Of a DNA stretch of 64,000 nucleotides, positions 56,139 through 64,000 are shown piece by piece. The notes beneath the pieces were generated by a model that worked only from the letters and a program-made list of their open reading frames with translations, was not told the origin of the DNA and did not search any database. This stretch comes from Podarcis erhardii (taxonomy: Eukaryota). Positions within the stretch are counted from its first letter, which is position 1, and every line of letters begins with the position of its first letter. The DNA lies in assembly GCA_964252035.1 (NCBI GenBank), contig OZ176210.1; one strand, given 5' to 3'. The translations under genes were made by a program, and so were the position numbers.

Positions 56139-57009
56139 GTAAGGGAGCCGGAGAGCTCACCTCCGCCTTCTGGCAGGCCCCAGCCTGTGGTCTGAGTGCC
56201 CTCGCGCTCTCTGTGGAGCACAAAAGCCGGCTCAGAGCGAAGCTGGCGTGGAAAGTCCACCCTCGTCGGCACAGGCGAGATCAAAATAGCATGAAAGGGG
56301 GAGACTTTCAAAGGCAGCCAAGAGAGCTGAACTTGCTCCCACAGAACAGCCATTACAAGAACAATGGGGTGTGTGCCGGGGGGGGGGGCGGTTAATTACC
56401 TACGTGGGACTGCTGAAAGGGAAAACAGCAGCACCTGAGGAGACGGAACAGAGCGGCTCTTGCACTGCTGTTTCCATCAAGTCTCCTGCTCCTTGCCTGT
56501 CCTTTGAAAGTGCTGCCCAGGGCCTGGCTCTTAGGAGCGATGGGGCGGGGGCCACGGAGGGCTCCCCACACGCTGCCACCACAACACAATGCAGGCATTG
56601 CTGGCCTGGTCGGTTGCCGGGCCTTGTTGAAAGGAAGCTCACAGGAGAGGAGGGCTCTGCTTGCTCAGCCTACGTGGATCAGGCCCCACCACTCTGGCTT
56701 TGGTTACTAGGGGCAGCTCGCACACTCGAGGAGCTCTTCTCCTGCAATGAAGTACCACCCCCCCCCCCCGCCGGCCTTTTTAGGTTTGGAAACGCTGGCC
56801 CTGAACACGTCCTTGCTGAGTTTGGCAAGGAGCTGTTCGCCGTAAGTGCTGCTCTCTGTGTGCTGCCTGGAAGGGCGGCTCTGCTTCAGGGCTGACCCCG
56901 GCAGGCATCCCATAAAGCTGGCAGGTGTGGCGGCTGGGTCCCGTATTCTGACCCTTCAAGAAAACGGAGCCTGATCCCTAAACGAAACAATGCCAGCCGC
57001 GCATGCTGA

Positions 57010-57276
<267 letters not shown>

Positions 57277-60068
57277 TAGCCCCTCCCTTTCCTGTGGGGC
57301 AAGAACTGCTAGGGGTAGAGGGGGCAGGCTGTAGGGCAGCCACATTTGTTTCATTTCTCAGTGGCTTGTTTTTGGGGAATGAGGCAAATGAATGGAAAGG
57401 CTTAAAAAATGGGGGTGAGGAAATGGAGAGAAGGCTCTTGAGATTCTGAACAGCGGTCAAGACGCTGTTGGGTCTCCCTGGTGATGGTGCTTCATCTGCT
57501 CTGGGTGGGGCTGGGTAATGGGTGGCCGCCCAAGTGTTGCTGGGCTACAGCTCCCCTCGTTCCATCGGGGCTGGGGGCGCAGGAGAGTTGGAGTCTAGCA
57601 GCATCTGCCGTGGGGCATCAGGTGAGCCAGCTCTGCCCTGCAGGAGGTGGAGATGTTCTTCAACCCAGCCTTGACACAGGAGACCCAAGTGACCTCAGTG
57701 GCCAGAAGACCTTGCAGACAGCTGTGTCCTCTCTAGACTGAGAGCATCTAACTGCTTGGTAACCTCCCCTCTGGATCTGATGCAGTCCACGGTTGTTCAC
57801 TCATGTCAGCTGTCCTGGGAGGGGCCCCTCTTTTTTCCCTTTTTGTTGAAGGAAAAGCCAAAATCAAATAAGTTTACTCTTGTGGGTTTCTGTCTGTATC
57901 ACAAATGGAAAGCTGTGTTTTTGTCTTTCCCTTCTTGGGGGAGAGGTCTCTTTCCCCCTCCATGGGGAAAACAAGCTGTTTCCTTGTTAGCTGCTGACCG
58001 CTTTGGCCTCCTGTCTTTGGGAAGAGTTAAAGCTCAGAAAAGCTGACACTTTGGGCAGTAGCTTTGTTCTGGGCTGGCCCCATCCCTCTCCCTTGATGCA
58101 GCAGGAAGGACATCAATACTCAGCCAGGCTTTGTGTTTCCTTTCCTGCCTCTGCTCTTGGCACCTGAATCTTTTAGCCAAGTAGCATTTTGGTCTCGGTG
58201 GATCACTTTGAATATAATTTCAACCATGGAGTCCCGGGAGGAGTTGCCTCTTGTTTTTGTGTGTGCAAATTGCCTCCTTTGTCTTGTGAAGGACAGATGG
58301 CTTTTTAGCAGCTCTGTGAGGGAGGTAAAAAAGAAAAAGAAGTCCACCTGGTTTGCAGCTTCACAGAAATAGAAATCTCACATTTTGAATGCAACAGGTG
58401 TGGCAGATGCATTGATGCCCAGATGGCAAATCCTGCAGGGAAGCTATGAGGCCTAATTTTGGTTTGGTTTTCTGAGAGTTGACCCACTACTGGCAACTTG
58501 CTGAGGCTGCCTGCTCAGCCCGTCTTTTCCTAGAGTTGAACTAGACAGGTCATTGCTGCTTGATATCATTCATCTGAATCACAACCATGATTTGTCAAGA
58601 GGCCTGCTTTCTGAATGCAGAAAGGAAATCTGTGGGGTGTGTGGAACAGGGAAGATAAGAGAGACCATACTCCAGGACCTTGGGAAAGCACTGGACAAAC
58701 TAGGCAGAATCCTTGTCATGTCTGTTGCTGTGTCTTTCTTCCTGCTGCAACAGTTCACAGGGGCTCAGAACAGTTGCTTGTATGCCATGAATGCCATGAC
58801 CTGGGATCATTATTTGGACATACATAAAAATCTGTACACTTCGGGACACTCCTGCAGGAGAACAAAGGATTGAAAACAGACTCTGCCATTTGGATGCCCC
58901 CTTTTCTTGGGTTTCATATCCTTATTTCTTAAGTCGTAGTTCGTGCAAACACTTTATCTTGGTGCCGGTTCTGCGCCATTTTGAATTGAATTTGATAGGA
59001 GCATGTAGCTTGCCTGTGTTCAGTTAAGGTCTGGAGCCCCATCACAAACCATCCTCAACACACCCCCCCCGGCAGAGCAGAGGGGAGAGACTATTTCCCC
59101 TAATGAAGGTAAGGGGGGAGAGGAGGGTGCCCCCCTCCCTGGCGCATCTTGCAGTGCTTTTAGCTGTGAGGCTGCAGCATCCTTGACTCAAACCCTGGAA
59201 GCCAACCAGCCGCTTTGGGAGCTGGTTCACTTCCGACTCCGCTCTGGTTGTTTGATCAAAAGGGGCAGCTTGATGCAGCTGGGAATTCTCGTTCTCTTCC
59301 TTTTACAAACCTTGGTGCTGAGTGTTCAGGCGGTGATTGAAGTGCAACCTTTGTGAGCGCCAGTTTCGTCACAGGCTCTCTGTCAAGAAGTGTTTGGGCA
59401 GCAGAAGGAACGCTGGTTTTTATTTTAAATCGCAAAGCCTATTTTAGGGTTCCAAGAACAAATCATTTTCAGGCATTACCCTCCTACCTAACAGATGTCC
59501 CCCATGCCATCAGCAGGAGGAAGGTGCACATTTCTCCACTAAGGCAAATGGCACTTGGGGGGAAACTCCCGAGGGGATCCCCAGTTCCTGTGCAGCAAGC
59601 ACGTTCCGTTGGAGGCTTCCCTCACCTTATGACCACCCTGCACAAGATGCTGGGGGAGCCAGAAGCCACGGGGGGGGGGGGTTGGCTCCTGAGGCTGGGA
59701 TGCTGTTCTGTCATCTGGCCAGGAAAAGACCTTTAAGTTACAGGCTAGCAGGATCCCCTTTCCCCCTACTCAGCCTCTACTTATAAACGCTGTTTCTGTC
59801 TGTCTGTCTGTCTGTCTGTCTGTGTGTGCCCATGCGGCTCTCCCATTAGCAACAAGTGCTCTGTTTCCAACTGCCTTGGGTGGCATCAGGAATCTCAGTC
59901 TTGCATACCACACAGCCCTGGCTTAGGGGAATTGAGTTGGGTCCAACTTCCTGGAAAGCTAGCATGATTCCAAGAGCAGTTTTGCTCCCCGGCCCTCTTT
60001 CCAGCCGGATCGACGGGGTCAGCTCTTTGCCAGCCGTCCCTTGCTAATCCTTTCCGCATTGTTTGCAG

Positions 60069-60296
60069 GAGCGGCAGAGAAGTGCTCGAAGCATGGGGCC
60101 GAGGATCGCACCCAGAACATCATCATGGCCATGAAGGATCGCATGAAGATCCGAGAGAGGAACAAACCAGAGATCTTTGACCTGATCAGAGATGTCTTCA
60201 GTGAGAGCAAAATGACCCACTCTCAGCAGATGAAGACGGTCAAGCAGAGCGTTCTGGACGGTACCTCCAAGTGGTCAGCCAAAATCACCATCACAG
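60069..60296 (+). CDS. UNC13B: UNC13B exon, C1-C2B linker ([30 protein letters not shown]...KWSAKITIT)
   Basis: tttgcag acceptor, ACAG|gtcagc donor, phase 1 to 1. Confidence 0.97.
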
Positions 60297-60409
60297 GTCA
60301 GCAAGGCGGCCTGAGTTGTTAGGGGGGTGAAGGTGCCTTAGCTGCTCCTGGAACTACCTCGTGTTTTTCTTTAGCTGTGCCGTCTTGTTACGATAATGTG
60401 TTTTTCTGA

Positions 60410-60574
<165 letters not shown>

Positions 60575-60756
60575 TAAGTATTTGTGTGTTGTTTTTCCCA
60601 CTCCTCTTTCATAGATTCCCGTGTTGTCCTTTTTGTTTGCAAAACACCTTGGCGGGGGGGGGGGACACAAATACCTGCCAAATATCTCAATAATAATAAA
60701 AAGGCCAAAAGTTGTTGTTGTTGATTATGATGGTGATGGTGATGATAATGATGCTG

Positions 60757-60798
<42 letters not shown>
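60757..60798. repeat. (AAT)n microsatellite preceded by degenerate (GAT)n
   Basis: Read directly. Confidence 0.95.
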
Positions 60799-60799
<1 letters not shown>

Positions 60800-61446
60800 A
60801 CATTTGATCTATTTAGCCCTGATTCAAGATAGCAGCATCCAGGGGCGCAAGAAGGGGGTAGCCACCCACCCACAGGCATTTCTGGAAAAAGACATTTGAA
60901 AGGGGGGCCCAGTTGTCTGGCTTCTTGTCTGGTTTGTGTAGTGAAATTGCTTGGTAGAGGCAGGAGGTACAACTGCGGTGATCATCTGAATTACCTGCTG
61001 GAGATGGGAGTTGGAGATTGGGTGCTGCGGCGGAGCTGCTCTTTTCTGACGGTTGGATTGAGAAGGTGGTGCTCAGTCTGCAGCCATTGTACAATATAGC
61101 TTTATTCTCTCTTGTCCCCTGAGCTCTTCAGTGTCTTCTTGAAACCAACAGGGGAGGTTTGCCAGGGATTTGGGTATCTGCCTTTTCATCTGGTCCAGAA
61201 GAGGCTGTGGATGTCTGTGCTCCATGATGGGCTGGGCGTGGGCTGAGGAGCTGGGGCTCAGTCCTGGGAAGGTGGAGGTGCTGCTGTTGGGTGATGTGTT
61301 GGAGCATGACAGGTAGACGTCAGGGCTGCACTTTCCCTCTTGGCTTGGCAGCTCAGGGCTGCCTTTTGAGCCAGCTTTGCTGAGAGATGCCTAAGTAGAA
61401 GCGATGTCTTTCAACGACTCCAGATGTTGTGCAACCTGATTCCCCT

Positions 61447-61990
61447 TCTGGGAAGGGATGATCTTGTCTCAGATATCCATGCTGTGGAGGACTGCTATGC
61501 GGTATATATGGGGCTGCCTATGCAAAACATTTGGAAACGTCGGTTATTCCAGAGCACAGCAACCAAGATATTAGCTGGGACTCATTTGAGGGAACTTCAC
61601 TGGCTTCTGATTTCCTTTGGAGCTCAAAGTGCTGACTCTAACCAAGAAAGCTATTTATAGCCTGGGGGCTCTTCTCCTGTAAGAACCTTCCTTTCAGTGG
61701 AGATCTGATCAGGCCCTTCCAGAAGCTAGAGGGGGCTGCCACTGCTGAGAGGGCCTTTTCTGTGGGGCTGTCCCACTTTCTTTGCCTGCTCCAGACACAA
61801 TGACCCGGCCTCCTCATTACTCTCTGCTAAGCCTCCTGCTTTCCTGACCTTTTAACAGAACTTGGGATCCATCATCATTACCAGGTTTTTTATTTATTTA
61901 TAGTGTTTATTTTTGAGTACTTTTGAGTATTGTTTCTACTTTTGCTCCTTTTATTGAAATCAGTGATATTTAAGTGGTTATTTGTAAACT
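61447..61990 (+). mobile_element. Degraded L2 LINE 3' ORF2 fragment
   Basis: DDLVSDIHAVEDCYAVYMGLPMQ...FQSTATKILAG...LRELHWL resembles L2 RT C-terminal motifs (YCN.LY.GLP, LHWLP). Confidence 0.6.
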
Positions 61991-64000
61991 GCTCTCAGGA
62001 CAAGGCAAAGGGAAAAGGGAAAAAGTAAACTTACATGGGCCTCTGGTTCTCTGTTTGTTAGAGGCAGGGCTGGCCCACCCATGAGGCAAGGTGAGGCAAC
62101 TGCCTCGGGCGGCAAGATCCTCAGGTGCAGCAGATCCCAATGTAGATCTTTATTCCCCTTGTTATGGATGTAGATCTTCATTCAGTCCTTATTCCCAAGC
62201 AGGGAAGGAGACACCATTTTGTGGTTCGCCTCAGGTGCCCAAATGTCTTGGGCCGGCCCTGGTTAGAGGGATTATGCTCCCTTCATCTTGCTTTAGGAAG
62301 GGCAGCAGAGTGCCTGCAGGGTGCTTCTCGGTTAACAGTGCAACCCCTGTATCTGTGCCCAAGTGGCGTGAAACCTGGTGGGCGGCACGGTGACTTAGAG
62401 AGCACGGAAAGCTGCAGCTAAGGACTTTGTTAGTCTGCAAAGTGGTTGCCAAGTTAACAAGATATGCCCTCAAGTTGCTGCTGCTGTCGTTTCACATTTA
62501 ATTAATGCTAAACCTAAAGCGGAGTCAGCTGCTGCAGAACAGCTTTGTTCGATGGGTGCTCAGCTTCTTTAAAAGGGTCTCCTTCTTGACAGCAGTTGGC
62601 CAGCTTTTCCCTTCCTCCTCTTGGCCTCATCCCTCCCTGAGCAAAGGAGCCCTATGACCCCCGGATGACCCCAAAGTGTCAGCCAAGGGACCTTTTCGTT
62701 TGGTACTTTCGTCGGCTGTCTGAGCTGCCAAGGCTTTTCTTCCTTGAGAGCAGATTTTGAATGAAAATGGATGAAGTGGGTCTTCTGTGAGCTAGAGCTG
62801 GTGGATCTCACTCCATTCTGAGTGTAAGATGCAGTTTGTGTTTTCAAGAAAATTGCGCATGTTACAAAGACTAAGCTTTTGCTTGGATGGATGAGGAAGC
62901 CTTCCTGGTCTTTCTCTCGAGAATCATTTCCCCAGGAGGCCTGATGGGTTCCTTACAAAGTATTCTGCAACCCGTCAATAGTTTGCGGAGACACATCCAG
63001 GTTTAAGAGCATGAATGGAGGAGAGATGGTTTGCGTTGGGCTGAAAGGGGTGCATGAACATCCCGGGGATCAGCTGCCACCCCGTGACCCTTCCCAATGC
63101 CCCAGGGCGGGTTCAGCACCGGGAGTGGAGTTTCTCTTCCCTCTGGGCTGGGAAGCCAGTTTCCTCCGGACGTTCGCTGCCCGTTCAATGCCGGCACCTG
63201 GGAAAGCAGAAGAGCTGCCTGCTCACAAGGCTGGAGCTGGAAAGCCGAGACACGGGCACGTCGAGCCTCTGCTGACGTCTCCAGATGTAATTGTCTCAAA
63301 GGGGGAATCAGAAAGCACAGCTCATCGGGGAATAATCACGCATAAACACAGGATTTCGGTGAGATGCTGAGCGTGATAATAGGCTGGGCCCCTGCAAGAA
63401 AGATTACAGAGCCAGGCGGAAGCTTTTAAGCAGCGCCACTGTAGTTAACCACCCAGCTGGCTAGTTCGAGAGGATTTAATGGTAATCAAAACTGTTACAT
63501 GCGACTGCCTCATCTACACCTGATATTGATCATCAGCTGCAGGGAGGCATCTCATCTCTTGTAGCAGCTGGACTGGCTTTGGTAGCGAGGGAATAAATAT
63601 ATCACAAAAGTACCCCGCTAACTCCCCTCCCCCTCCCCAGAAAGCACCCAGCTACATTGCCATGTGGCTGGAAGAATACCATGCCTGGCAGCTTCTGGAA
63701 CATTGGCATGACTTGGGCAGAGAGAGACCGCCCACATGTGACCACTTGCAGTGTCATCCTCTTAAAAAAGCACAGTGTAGTTCTGAGAGAGGAGGAGTCG
63801 GGTTTTGTGTGAAGGATGTGTAGACTTGTGAAGAAATACATGACTGGAGCATAGAAAACAGATTGAGAGTATAGGGGTGAAAACTGTAGGAGACAGAAGC
63901 ACCTTCCTGGGGGTGTCTGCTATAGACCTCCAAGCCAGACTGAAGACTTGGGTGATGCAGATTACCAACCATTCAGAAAAGAAAGATATCGTAGTCATGG

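Overview
Squamate (probably lacertid lizard) genomic DNA spanning the 5'/middle part of UNC13B (Munc13-2) on the + strand. No prokaryotic features are present. I could chain exons in frame by their splice sites from the post-C2A exon (1348-1570) through the CaM-binding exon, the C1 domain and the first C2B exon (60432-60573); the rest of the gene lies outside the window. The window also holds an ~8.85 kb giant alternative exon (3621-12468), the brain-type bMunc13-2 alternative N-terminal exon (38418-40752), a 126-nt cassette exon and microexons of 6, 23 and (candidate) 7 nt. Introns carry a young 5'-truncated L1 with a 16-bp TSD, three Sauria SINEs, CR1/L2/Penelope fragments, hAT and mariner MITEs, and a ubiquitin retrocopy. 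Strongest leads: (1) a cluster of CtBP/RIBEYE-type PxDLS motifs and an aromatic domain in the Piccolo/Bassoon-like giant exon; (2) a LINE ORF1p-like coiled-coil+RRM module in the bMunc13-2 exon; (3) a frame-compensating 7+23 nt microexon pair 13.6 kb apart. Homology calls come from recalled sequences, not database searches.
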